Shown here: positions 1-8,616 of the stretch, in pieces
Numbering within the stretch: position 1 is the stretch's first letter
Layout: every line of letters begins with the position of its first letter
Origin: a virus
Taxonomy: Duplodnaviria > Heunggongvirae > Uroviricota > Caudoviricetes
DNA length: 64,000 bases
Strand: one strand, 5' to 3'
IMG/VR virus record: IMGVR_UViG_2721755756_000002
Program-made: the position numbers and the translations under genes
Notes under the pieces: generated by a model
What the model was told of the DNA's origin: nothing
The model's input: the letters and a program-made list of their open reading frames with translations, nothing else
Database searches by the model: none

Positions 1-26
1 TAACGGAAGAAACACTTCCTAAAATA

Positions 27-1400
27 TTGGCAAGGGCAATGGCTATCCATTCTACCAATGCAGCGCAGATACATTATCTTTGGAATTACTATAAGGGAAA
101 GCAACCTATTCTTGAAAGAGTAAAGAGAGTACGACCCGAAATATGCAATAAGCTAGTAATTAATCATGCATATGAAATCATGAATTTCTACATGGGATAT
201 GTTTTTGGTGATCCTATCCAGTATGTGCAGCGAGGAATACACGGTGCAAAAGAAGGATACTCTGATGTAAACAATGTATCTATGCTTAATGAGCTTATGG
301 CTGATGACGATAAAGCTTCAAAAGACCGGGAGTTAGGTGAATGGATGCTTGCATGCGGTGTCGGATACCGGATGACTATGCCGGCAGTTGATGACGATGC
401 AGTATTTGAAACTGAGATATTAGACCCTAGAGTTACATTCGTTGTGAAGGATACTGGCTTTGGTAAGAAGCCTTGGCTTTGTGTGACCTTCAATAAAAAG
501 ATGAACAAAGGATTTGAGTATTATGAAATGTTCGGATATACCAAGGATGTGTTCTTCACCTGTGAGGAATTCAATTCTACTTATCGAAAATACAGAATAG
601 AAAACCATGTTTTGAATCAATTGCCTATTGCTGAATATCCATTAGGTACTGTCAGGCTTGGCGCTTTTGAACCGGTGCACTCTATTTTGAATGCTATTAA
701 TAATGTGGAATCAAATAGAAGTGATGGTATTGAACAAAAAATTCAAAGTTTCTTAAAATTTTTAAATTGTGATATCGTCCCAGAAAAATTCGATGAATTC
801 AGGGAAAAAGGCATGATAAAGATTAAGGTTCCGCAAGGCAGTAGAGGCGATGTTGAATATGTAGAGGTTGATTTAAACCAAACGGATTCACAAATATATG
901 TAGATTCCTTATACCAAAAAATGCTGCAAATCGCAGGCGTGCCAGATAGAAATGCTTCCGCCGGTGGAAATACCGGACAAGCACTTATTATCGGGCAGGG
1001 ATGGTCTAACGCCGAAGCTAGAGCGAAATCCATAGAACTTTCATTCAAGCGTAGTGAAAAATTGTTTTTGAAGATGGTGCTGAGAATTATTCAGGATACG
1101 TTGAATGTAGAGCCACAATTAAGGCAGCTGAAACTTTGGGATATTGATATCAAGTTCACACGAAATAAAACGGACAGCATACTAGTTAAGGCACAAGCGT
1201 TACTTAATCTGTTGGAAGCAGGAGTGCATCCACGTATTGCATTTACTATTTGTGGACTGTTTAACGACCCAGAGCAGGCGTATGTTGATTCACAGCCATA
1301 CTTAAATGCCAAATGGCTAAGAGATTTGAAGACGAATGTACAAGAAGGCGATATCAAAAATGAAAATGATGTCTTGCCAAAATTACCGGTTACCGGATAA
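27..1400 (+). CDS. Phage portal protein, SPP1 gp6-like (5' end probably upstream of window)
   Basis: 457+ aa with SPP1-type portal motifs (NKLVINHA, YMGYVFGDPIQY, SNRSDGIEQ, GNTGQAL); frame is open to the window start. Confidence 0.9.
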   Translation: MARAMAIHSTNAAQIHYLWNYYKGKQPILERVKRVRPEICNKLVINHAYEIMNFYMGYVFGDPIQYVQRGIHGAKEGYSDVNNVSMLNELMADDDKASKDRELGEWMLACGVGYRMTMPAVDDDAVFETEILDPRVTFVVKDTGFGKKPWLCVTFNKKMNKGFEYYEMFGYTKDVFFTCEEFNSTYRKYRIENHVLNQLPIAEYPLGTVRLGAFEPVHSILNAINNVESNRSDGIEQKIQSFLKFLNCDIVPEKFDEFREKGMIKIKVPQGSRGDVEYVEVDLNQTDSQIYVDSLYQKMLQIAGVPDRNASAGGNTGQALIIGQGWSNAEARAKSIELSFKRSEKLFLKMVLRIIQDTLNVEPQLRQLKLWDIDIKFTRNKTDSILVKAQALLNLLEAGVHPRIAFTICGLFNDPEQAYVDSQPYLNAKWLRDLKTNVQEGDIKNENDVLPKLPVTG

Positions 1401-1444
1401 TGACCTGAATAAGTCATTACGAAAATAAACTGTTCATTTTTTAT

Positions 1445-1493
1445 TGCCTGATCCACAGGCATATGTGGATGAATCCTACAGCGTAGCAACGCT
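1445..1493 (+). ncRNA. Structured leader upstream of scaffold gene (GP20-type RNA motif candidate)
   Basis: TGCCTG/CAGGCA stem whose loop ATCCA can pair with downstream TGGAT, then hairpin AGCGT-AGCA-ACGCT before the RBS. Confidence 0.45.
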
Positions 1494-1520
1494 ATATAAA
1501 TGCTAAGGAGAATGATATTT

Positions 1521-2099
1521 ATGGAATGGATTAAAAAGATTATCGAAAAGCACACAGGAGAAGACGGCAAACTGAATCTCGCTGAAGCAATCAAGGAAAT
1601 CAATAAAGAGGCACCTAAAAATGTAGTGCCAAAAGATGTATACAATACCGTTGCAGCGGAGAAAAAGACTGCTGAAGCTAAGGTGAAAGAATACGAAGGA
1701 ACACAATTATCTGAGGCTGAAAAACAGCAGCAGGCCATTGACGAAGCTAATGCTGAAAAAGAAAAATATCAGAAGATGGCAAATAAACTGGAAGTTGAAA
1801 AAGTCCTGATCACTGCCGGCATGCAGGAAGATGATTATAAGGATTTTATCGACGGTATTGTTACAAGTGATAAAGATGCATCTGTATCTGTAGCAACAGC
1901 TATGGCAACGACCTTTAAAACAAAAATGGCGGCCGCTGAAGCGCAGGCAAAGAACGATCAGCTGAAAAATACACCACGCCCAGATGGCGGAGATGGTAGC
2001 AGCGGAGAAACGAAACCAAAAGATGTTCAGTTGGCAGAACAACTGGCTGAAACTGCTAATACGCAGGGTGGATTCACAGCATATTTGAAAGGAGAATGA
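1521..2099 (+). CDS. Capsid scaffolding protein (GP20/DUF4355-like)
   Basis: Charged coiled-coil protein between portal and capsid genes; C-terminal TPRPDGGDG motif; RBS AAGGAG before ATG at 1521. Confidence 0.8.
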   Translation: MEWIKKIIEKHTGEDGKLNLAEAIKEINKEAPKNVVPKDVYNTVAAEKKTAEAKVKEYEGTQLSEAEKQQQAIDEANAEKEKYQKMANKLEVEKVLITAGMQEDDYKDFIDGIVTSDKDASVSVATAMATTFKTKMAAAEAQAKNDQLKNTPRPDGGDGSSGETKPKDVQLAEQLAETANTQGGFTAYLKGE

Positions 2100-2103
2100 A
2101 ATA

Positions 2104-2451
2104 ATGAAGGTGACTTATAGAGAGTTTGGTAGTGGAATCAACGTAGTAAGTAATGAGCATTTTGTTGCTATTCCATATCATGTTGATTTTAGCAAAGTAA
2201 CAGAAATAGCGTATGGTGAAGTAAAAGTAGTTAAGGCAGGAACACCAATGGCAAAGAATGGTATCAAGGCCACGGTAACTGAAGGAAAATCAAACGCTAT
2301 CGGTATACTGATGCATGATGTGTATGATGATAACCCAAATACTTCATTGATAGTTCATGGTTTTGTCGATAAAACAAAGGCAGAGAAAAATACTGGTGAG
2401 ACTTACGATGAAGCTACACTGGCGGCATTGCCGATGATTCAACTTTTATAG
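2104..2451 (+). CDS. Head decoration protein
   Basis: 115 aa, VVKAGTP and GILMHDV motifs, directly upstream of the major capsid gene. Confidence 0.7.
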   Translation: MKVTYREFGSGINVVSNEHFVAIPYHVDFSKVTEIAYGEVKVVKAGTPMAKNGIKATVTEGKSNAIGILMHDVYDDNPNTSLIVHGFVDKTKAEKNTGETYDEATLAALPMIQLL

Positions 2452-2470
2452 GAAAGGAGATTGAAAAAAA

Positions 2471-3535
2471 ATGAGATTGATTGATGTATATAGCGCCAAA
2501 GCGTTAGCAGCTTATTTTACGCATGCGCATAGTAATGACAGACCATATCTTGGACTGACATTATTTCCGAGAAAGAAAAAGATGGGATTGGATTTAAAAT
2601 GGATCAAGGGATATAAGGGGTTGCCTGTACCACTGAACCCAAGCGCATTTGATACGAAATCAAAAGGCAGAGGGAAATTGAAAATGCAGGATGTTAGCAC
2701 ACAGATGCCTTATTTTAAGGAGCATGTAATGGTTGATGAAGAAGATGAACAGGAAATCTTACGTGTTACTGAGGCTGGCGATCCGTATGCTCAGCAGGTA
2801 CTTGACCACATCTATACTAAAGCAGATGATTTAATTATTAGCGCAGATGTCGTAGCTGAACGTATGATTTGGATGCTTCTGGCAGCAGAAAATGGTAAAC
2901 CTGGTATTGATATCACAGCTGATGGTGCGAGCTATCAGTATGATTATGATGAATCTGGAGAGTACAAGGCAGAGCACTTTGTGGAATTGACAGGCACAGA
3001 TATGTGGAGTGACCATGAAAATTGTGATCCTATTGCAGATGCTCAGATGGTAATTGATAAAGCATTGGCAAAAGGTGTTATTCTTAAGGCAATGGTCATT
3101 AGTCCTAAGACGATGAGTAATCTTGTTAAAAGTAAGAAAATTGCTTCATATATCCTTGCTCAGAACTCAACAGCAAACATTTATATGAACAAGGCCAGAG
3201 TCAAAGAAGTCTTTAAAAACGAACTCAATATTGAAATTATTGTTTATGAAAAGCTCTTTAAAGACTATGATGGCAAAGACAAGGCATATTACCCTGATAC
3301 GATGGCCACATTCTTACCAGAAGGCGCATTAGGTAATCTGTGGTATGGAACATCCCCGATTGAGCGAAAGGCGTTGGGATCAAAAGATGCTAATGTATCT
3401 CAGGTTAATACTGGAGTAAACATTATGGTAACTCAGGAACATGATCCTGAAAATACAAAGACAGTGGTAGATGAAATCGTATTGCCGTCATTTGAATGTA
3501 TGGATTCAGTATATTTGCTGAAGCATAGTGCGTAG
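2471..3535 (+). CDS. Major capsid protein (phage capsid E family)
   Basis: 354 aa, LFPRKK..GLDLKWIKG and MPYFKE motifs; position in head module. Confidence 0.9.
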   Translation: MRLIDVYSAKALAAYFTHAHSNDRPYLGLTLFPRKKKMGLDLKWIKGYKGLPVPLNPSAFDTKSKGRGKLKMQDVSTQMPYFKEHVMVDEEDEQEILRVTEAGDPYAQQVLDHIYTKADDLIISADVVAERMIWMLLAAENGKPGIDITADGASYQYDYDESGEYKAEHFVELTGTDMWSDHENCDPIADAQMVIDKALAKGVILKAMVISPKTMSNLVKSKKIASYILAQNSTANIYMNKARVKEVFKNELNIEIIVYEKLFKDYDGKDKAYYPDTMATFLPEGALGNLWYGTSPIERKALGSKDANVSQVNTGVNIMVTQEHDPENTKTVVDEIVLPSFECMDSVYLLKHSA

Positions 3536-3542
3536 GAGGTAA

Positions 3543-3887
3543 ATGAATATGGGAAGACCAACTAATGCTGAAATCGCTGCAAAGAAAGCCGCAGAAGAAG
3601 AAAAACGTAAAGCTGATGCGTTAGCTCAGCAAATTACTGGCGCTGAAGAAAGCGAGAGTGATTCTGCTAACAATGCAAATCCTGATGTCGCTCAGGATGA
3701 CGGTAAAGAGGTTCCGACTGACCTGCCAGAAGATAAACCGGAGCCGGTAACAACAAAACCTGTAGAAGATATGCCAGAATCAACTATCACAGCGCCTACT
3801 TCTAAAGCAGATTATGTAACATATGATCACACGGTCAAAGTAAACGGAAAATTCTACGCAACTGGTGAAAGAGTACCAGTAGACTAG
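3543..3887 (+). CDS. Hypothetical phage protein (acidic, low complexity)
   Basis: RBS GGAGG; within the head-neck operon. Confidence 0.6.
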   Translation: MNMGRPTNAEIAAKKAAEEEKRKADALAQQITGAEESESDSANNANPDVAQDDGKEVPTDLPEDKPEPVTTKPVEDMPESTITAPTSKADYVTYDHTVKVNGKFYATGERVPVD

Positions 3888-3895
3888 GATGATTC

Positions 3896-4294
3896 ATGAT
3901 GACCTATGACGAGCGAAAGCAATTACTCTTCCGCCGGATAAAAGATGGTCTTCCTGCTGAGCTACTTGTGAATCAAGGAGATGTCATGCCATTGAGCATC
4001 GACACTCCTTTTGTTCCTTTTAACGCTGAATTGAGTCAGTATCTTGATGATTTAATGCTCATGGCTAGAGAAATCATCTTTGAAAACCAGTATCCATTTG
4101 ACGATCAAGAGAGACCGGCTGATGTCATGCCAAGATATCACATGCTGCAAATACGTATCGCTATAGAAATCTTCGTCAAAGAAGGGGCGGAAGGAGAAAT
4201 CGTTCATTCTGAAAGTGGTGTATCCAGAACTTACACAAGCTCAGATATTTCACCGGCATTGTTGAATCAGATAACTCCGATGTGCAGCGTATGA
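3896..4294 (+). CDS. Head-tail adaptor (gp15/gp6-like)
   Basis: C-terminal GAEGEIVHSESGVSRTY motif typical of these connectors. Confidence 0.8.
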   Translation: MMTYDERKQLLFRRIKDGLPAELLVNQGDVMPLSIDTPFVPFNAELSQYLDDLMLMAREIIFENQYPFDDQERPADVMPRYHMLQIRIAIEIFVKEGAEGEIVHSESGVSRTYTSSDISPALLNQITPMCSV

Positions 4295-4653
4295 GGATGT
4301 TGAGCAGAAACAAGCAGCGGTTATATATTGCATCACAAATCATGGATGATGAGCTTGTAGATTCACATGGAAATCGACCATTTGATAAACCGTTTTTATT
4401 TTGTGAAAATCTGGCCAGTGTAGATGGGAAATCTGAAAAAGAAGAATATGGTGATCGTGTGAGAAATATGTATAAATCGGTTGTCATGCGTAAGAAGTGG
4501 GCTGGCAGCATCAAAGAAAACGATGTAGCTTATCTGGATGGAATTACACCTGATGGAGAAGCTCAGAACGGTGCATATGCAAATTATCGTGTTGAATCTG
4601 TAAGAAATACATCATTGAACATGATGACGATTTATTTTGAGAAGCTGCCATAA
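4291..4653 (+). CDS. Head closure protein
   Basis: Starts MRMLSRNKQ, ends YRVESVRNTSLN; overlaps the adaptor stop codon. Confidence 0.7.
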   Translation: MRMLSRNKQRLYIASQIMDDELVDSHGNRPFDKPFLFCENLASVDGKSEKEEYGDRVRNMYKSVVMRKKWAGSIKENDVAYLDGITPDGEAQNGAYANYRVESVRNTSLNMMTIYFEKLP

Positions 4654-4669
4654 AGAGAGGGGTGATGCA

Positions 4670-4837
4670 ATGAAATTGGTAAATGTTAAGGATCCGAACA
4701 TTGAAATTGATGTTTGTGATTATATGGTGCCGGACTATCTTGGCACCCATGAATGGAAGTTGCCTGATAAAAAGGTGAATAAGAAACAGTCAAGCAAGCA
4801 ATTTGATATTCAGAAGGATAAGAAAGAAGATAAATAA
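4670..4837 (+). CDS. Small hypothetical phage protein (55 aa)
   Basis: RBS GGGGTGA before ATG 4670; stop overlaps next start. Confidence 0.55.
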   Translation: MKLVNVKDPNIEIDVCDYMVPDYLGTHEWKLPDKKVNKKQSSKQFDIQKDKKEDK

Positions 4838-5346
4838 TGTCTGTAATCAAAAGACACTTTCAAGTCAATTTGAAAGGTATGAAGCTCATGCAGAAGAAAA
4901 TTGATAATCTGCAAAATGCTATGCCGCAACTTGGTCAGAGATTCATAGAAATGTCACTTGATTATCTTTATGAGAGAGCCGCTTTTTACATTGAATCTTC
5001 TACTGGTAACGGTGGATATGAGCCAACTGGTGAGTTATTAGCCGGTTTGAAAAAGGATTATGAGTTAGGAAAAGTATTTAATGACTGCGTTCATGCGGCA
5101 TGGGTTGAATATGGTACTGGAATGATTGGCACTGGTACACATCCAAATCCTCCGACCGGTTATCAGTATGATGTCAATGCACATGGTGAACAAGGATGGA
5201 CATATCTAGGTGATGACGGTAAGTTTTATCATACTCAGGGATTAACCGCACACCGGTTTATGTATAACGCTATAACTGATTATCGAATGAACTACAAAAA
5301 GATTTTCAGCCAAGCATTTAATGAAGTAGTGGGAGGTGCTATCTAA
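4837..5346 (+). CDS. HK97 gp10-like neck protein
   Basis: AAWVEYGTG and GLTAHRFMYNA motifs. Confidence 0.8.
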   Translation: MSVIKRHFQVNLKGMKLMQKKIDNLQNAMPQLGQRFIEMSLDYLYERAAFYIESSTGNGGYEPTGELLAGLKKDYELGKVFNDCVHAAWVEYGTGMIGTGTHPNPPTGYQYDVNAHGEQGWTYLGDDGKFYHTQGLTAHRFMYNAITDYRMNYKKIFSQAFNEVVGGAI

Positions 5347-5756
5347 TGAATCAGAAATACTTTGATATCGTCTTCCAAGGATTGAATGATCATATCATCA
5401 TGCACAGCGAAATTAAAGCAAAGGTATTAGACAGGCCGAACACGGAAATATATCCGAAAATCGTTGTAACTGAAATAACGAATACATCTAAATTAAATCT
5501 TGGTAGGATGGAGTCATATTCGTTTTTGGGGTATGAAATAGGTATTTATGCAAAAAACACAACTATCAATGGAAAGGCTATGGATGCTATGGATATCGCT
5601 CGCTATCTGCAAGGTGTAGTGGCTGATTATATGGATTATGAATTGCATATGAAGCGAGCTATGTCAGACTATAAAGATAACGTTGATAATTCGCTATACT
5701 GCATCATTATGCGATATAACGCAAATGGAAGCGACTATCGAAGTCGCTTCTTTTAA
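5346..5756 (+). CDS. Tail terminator/completion protein
   Basis: 136 aa immediately before the major tail gene; YPKIVVTEI motif. Confidence 0.65.
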   Translation: MNQKYFDIVFQGLNDHIIMHSEIKAKVLDRPNTEIYPKIVVTEITNTSKLNLGRMESYSFLGYEIGIYAKNTTINGKAMDAMDIARYLQGVVADYMDYELHMKRAMSDYKDNVDNSLYCIIMRYNANGSDYRSRFF

Positions 5757-5774
5757 GGAAAGGAGTTCATTATT

Positions 5775-6509
5775 ATGAATGGTTTGGATTTTGGAATTCA
5801 AAAAATGACAGAACGCTTTTTTTCAGGAATGGGTTCATGTCTTTGTTACAAAAATGAAAGTGGTAAATTTTCTGTTCTAGTATTAACAGAAACGGTACCG
5901 GCTTTTGCTTCAACACCTGAAGCTATTGAAGCAAAATATACTACTTCTGATACAACGACAAAAATCGAGGGTATGAAAACATTGGAGGACAAGGAATTTG
6001 AATTTTTTGTTCACCGTGATTCAATCAATCGTTTAGAGAAACTTAAAGGGAAAGAATTAGAATTACTGCGTGTTAACGCTGATCTAACTGGTGAACGTGT
6101 CAATGGTACATTGTCTTATACTATGTCTGATAGTCAGAATGGCGAAGCTCAAAAAGGTAATATCAAGATTACTCCTACGGACTATATTGGTTATGTTGAG
6201 AATGTATTACCTCTGGTACAGGCTACTGTCACCTTTAAAACACCGATTGATTGGAAATGTGAGTTGGATAAAACGGATGGTACGTATACAAAGGATATCG
6301 AATTGAATTTTGCCGAAGGAACATTCACAGCTACAGTAAAAGATTCAACTATTGCTACAGCTGCTGTTTCAGATAATAAATTGACAATCACAGGTAAGGC
6401 AGAAGGCTCTACGATTGTTACCCTGAAAGCTTCTTGTGAAGGTTATGCATCATGGGAAACTACAATCTTAGTTATCGTTCCAAAGGCAGTCGTAGCACCT
6501 GGATCGTAA
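5775..6509 (+). CDS. Major tail protein with C-terminal Ig-like domain
   Basis: Tail-tube N-terminus; C-terminal IATAAVSDNKLTITGKAEGSTIVT resembles a Big_2 Ig fold. Confidence 0.8.
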   Translation: MNGLDFGIQKMTERFFSGMGSCLCYKNESGKFSVLVLTETVPAFASTPEAIEAKYTTSDTTTKIEGMKTLEDKEFEFFVHRDSINRLEKLKGKELELLRVNADLTGERVNGTLSYTMSDSQNGEAQKGNIKITPTDYIGYVENVLPLVQATVTFKTPIDWKCELDKTDGTYTKDIELNFAEGTFTATVKDSTIATAAVSDNKLTITGKAEGSTIVTLKASCEGYASWETTILVIVPKAVVAPGS

Positions 6510-6522
6510 GAATCGAAACAAT

Positions 6523-6546
6523 AGCGCTCGGTCAATGCCGGGCGCT
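6523..6546 (+). terminator. Hairpin after major tail gene (weak terminator)
   Basis: AGCGCTCGG-TCAATG-CCGGGCGCT with a poor U-tract. Confidence 0.4.
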
Positions 6547-6572
6547 TGTAATTAAATAGGAGGAAAACAAAA

Positions 6573-7148
6573 ATGAATATTTGGACATATAAGTATAACG
6601 GAAAGGACTATCCTTTCAAATTGACTCGTGCCGCTCGAAAGGCCATCAATGAATTACAGTTTAAAATCTTTGATGAATTGCAGAATCCTGAAATCCTGAC
6701 AATGGCAGGTGAACTTAGTGAAATCCAGCAGAAACTAAATGCTGCTAAAATGGAAGATAACAAGAGTGAAATGGAAGATAACAAGAGTGAAATGGAAGAT
6801 AACAAGAGTGAAATAGCTCAGTATGAAGCAGAATTGAATGCTCTTTCTATCAAAATGATGCCACTAATGAAAGACTTTGTTAAGTTGCAGTCGAACGACA
6901 TTGATCCTGAAGAAATTGCAGCTATCCTGCTGAAAGAAAATAAAGACCTGAAAGGGGAAATGACGGATCAGTTCATTGATGACATGTTCGATGATATGGT
7001 GAACACTCTTGGTATGGAGAAATTCGATGAAAAGATGGTTGAGATTACCGCTAGAGTTTTTACAGTAATCCAGTTACTGAAAGACAAACTGGAAGCAATC
7101 AACACTGTGAAAAAGGAGAAAACCAAGAATCCTCTGCCGATGTCGTAG
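6573..7148 (+). CDS. Tail assembly chaperone (G-like)
   Basis: Between major tail and TMP genes; the -1 frame stays open across its stop into the next ORF. Confidence 0.75.
   Translation: MNIWTYKYNGKDYPFKLTRAARKAINELQFKIFDELQNPEILTMAGELSEIQQKLNAAKMEDNKSEMEDNKSEMEDNKSEIAQYEAELNALSIKMMPLMKDFVKLQSNDIDPEEIAAILLKENKDLKGEMTDQFIDDMFDDMVNTLGMEKFDEKMVEITARVFTVIQLLKDKLEAINTVKKEKTKNPLPMS
6748..6814 (+). repeat. 3.2 x 21-bp perfect coding tandem repeat (MEDNKSE)
   Basis: AAATGGAAGATAACAAGAGTG at 6748, 6769 and 6790, plus AAAT. Confidence 0.95.
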
Positions 7149-7183
7149 TTTATAAGAGCTATGAAGAATACTGCTATGCAGTA

Positions 7184-7510
7184 ATGATTCCAATAGCTAT
7201 CGAAGCAGGTATGCCATTGGATGAATTTTGGTACGGCGAAGAAGAATTATTCTATTCTTATGTAAAGGCGTATCGTAATCGTGTCAATTACACGTCCTGG
7301 ATGAATAATCTCTATGCCATGAAAGCATTAGAGGTTGTTGTGAATAATCTAATGCCTAACGCTGTAAATATTGGATTTGGTGGCGGAAAAATAACTCCGG
7401 TTCAATATTATGAGAAGCCAATTGACTTTGAAGCTGAAGCAGAGAAGCAGAAACCTGTTACTAAAGAAGACCTTGAATCAGAGTTTAGGCGGAGAATGAG
7501 TGTATTTTGA
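7184..7510 (+). CDS. Tail chaperone GT extension (probably reached by -1 frameshift)
   Basis: AIEAGMPLDEFW motif; in-frame upstream open stretch (YKSYEEYCYAV) overlaps the chaperone 3' end. Confidence 0.7.
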   Translation: MIPIAIEAGMPLDEFWYGEEELFYSYVKAYRNRVNYTSWMNNLYAMKALEVVVNNLMPNAVNIGFGGGKITPVQYYEKPIDFEAEAEKQKPVTKEDLESEFRRRMSVF

Positions 7511-7570
7511 TAGAAAGAGATATTCAGTATTTCTACTACCTGTGCTATGATATTGGTATCTAGGGAGGGC

Positions 7571-8536
7571 ATGGAAATGGAAACAATAGAAATATCATTT
7601 GACAGTAAAAGAGGCAGCAACAAAATATTAAATGATATTGTGTTATTTACAGGAAAAACACATATTGAAAATTTATTTTATGGAGTATGTACATTCGATG
7701 TAAATAAATTAGAATATATTGCATTTTCAAGGAAATATATATATTGTAGATCATTAAACAAATTTAAAATTTCTGGAGAAGATGTCTTTTGTTTGATTAT
7801 AGTTCCATGGATACAAATAAAAAAAGCAATGCTTTATTCTGGTCAAATCAATTTGATTCTGGATAACAATATAGTTGTTGCTTTATATCTTTCCAGCAGT
7901 GATACTAAAGTATTCTTATCAACCATATTGTTAGCCATTAATGATATATTGGATTATTCAGCATTTGAAATCATTAATGACACTTACAATGTGTTTAGAG
8001 CAAAAAGGGATAAAGCGTTAGGAAATATCCCGTATAAAGAACTTGGTATTAAAAATACATTTGTGATTGAACCAGATAAAGTGAAGGACATTAAGCAGGA
8101 TGGCAGTAATGATAAAGCATCAAGCTATAATTATTGTCCTCATTGTGGTAAGGAGCTTGATTCAGCTTTTAGTTACTGCCCTTTCTGCGGAAAAGCAATA
8201 TTGGAGCAAGAAGTGGAAGAAATTAAACAACGTACAGTGTATACAGCTCCTAAAATAAATAAGACTTCTACACCAACGTATAAAGCACATACTGTCTCTC
8301 CCAAAAAACAGTATAAAGCAAACAAAAAGGCAGGTATTGTCTCATGCCCTAAATGTGGTAGTACTTCCATCACAACGACAAATAAGAAAATCTCCATAGG
8401 GAAAGGTGTTGCAGGAGCCGCCGTAGGATCACTTGTTAATCCTGTTGGAACAATAGTAGGCGCAGCTGTTGGCGCTACACATAGTAAGAAAATATACAAT
8501 GTCTGCATGAACTGTGGGCATAAATGGAAACCATAA
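7571..8536 (+). CDS. Moron-like protein with two zinc ribbons and a glycine-rich hydrophobic segment
   Basis: CPHCG..CPFCG and CPKCG..CMNCG; GVAGAAVG..VGAAVGA segment; AT-rich; extended -10 (TGcTATGAT) upstream and terminator downstream. Confidence 0.7.
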   Translation: MEMETIEISFDSKRGSNKILNDIVLFTGKTHIENLFYGVCTFDVNKLEYIAFSRKYIYCRSLNKFKISGEDVFCLIIVPWIQIKKAMLYSGQINLILDNNIVVALYLSSSDTKVFLSTILLAINDILDYSAFEIINDTYNVFRAKRDKALGNIPYKELGIKNTFVIEPDKVKDIKQDGSNDKASSYNYCPHCGKELDSAFSYCPFCGKAILEQEVEEIKQRTVYTAPKINKTSTPTYKAHTVSPKKQYKANKKAGIVSCPKCGSTSITTTNKKISIGKGVAGAAVGSLVNPVGTIVGAAVGATHSKKIYNVCMNCGHKWKP

Positions 8537-8540
8537 AATA

Positions 8541-8570
8541 AAAGACCTCATTCGTTGGGGTCTTTTATTT
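8541..8570 (+). terminator. Rho-independent terminator
   Basis: AAAGACCTCA-TTCG-TTGGGGTCTTT followed by TATTT. Confidence 0.75.
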
Positions 8571-8616
8571 ACATCCAAGGATGCTGTTATTTTTTATAGA
8601 AAGGCAGGTGATATGA

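Noticed and set aside
6748-6814. CRISPR array
   Set aside because: Repeats are contiguous, in-frame coding units with no spacers and no cas genes.
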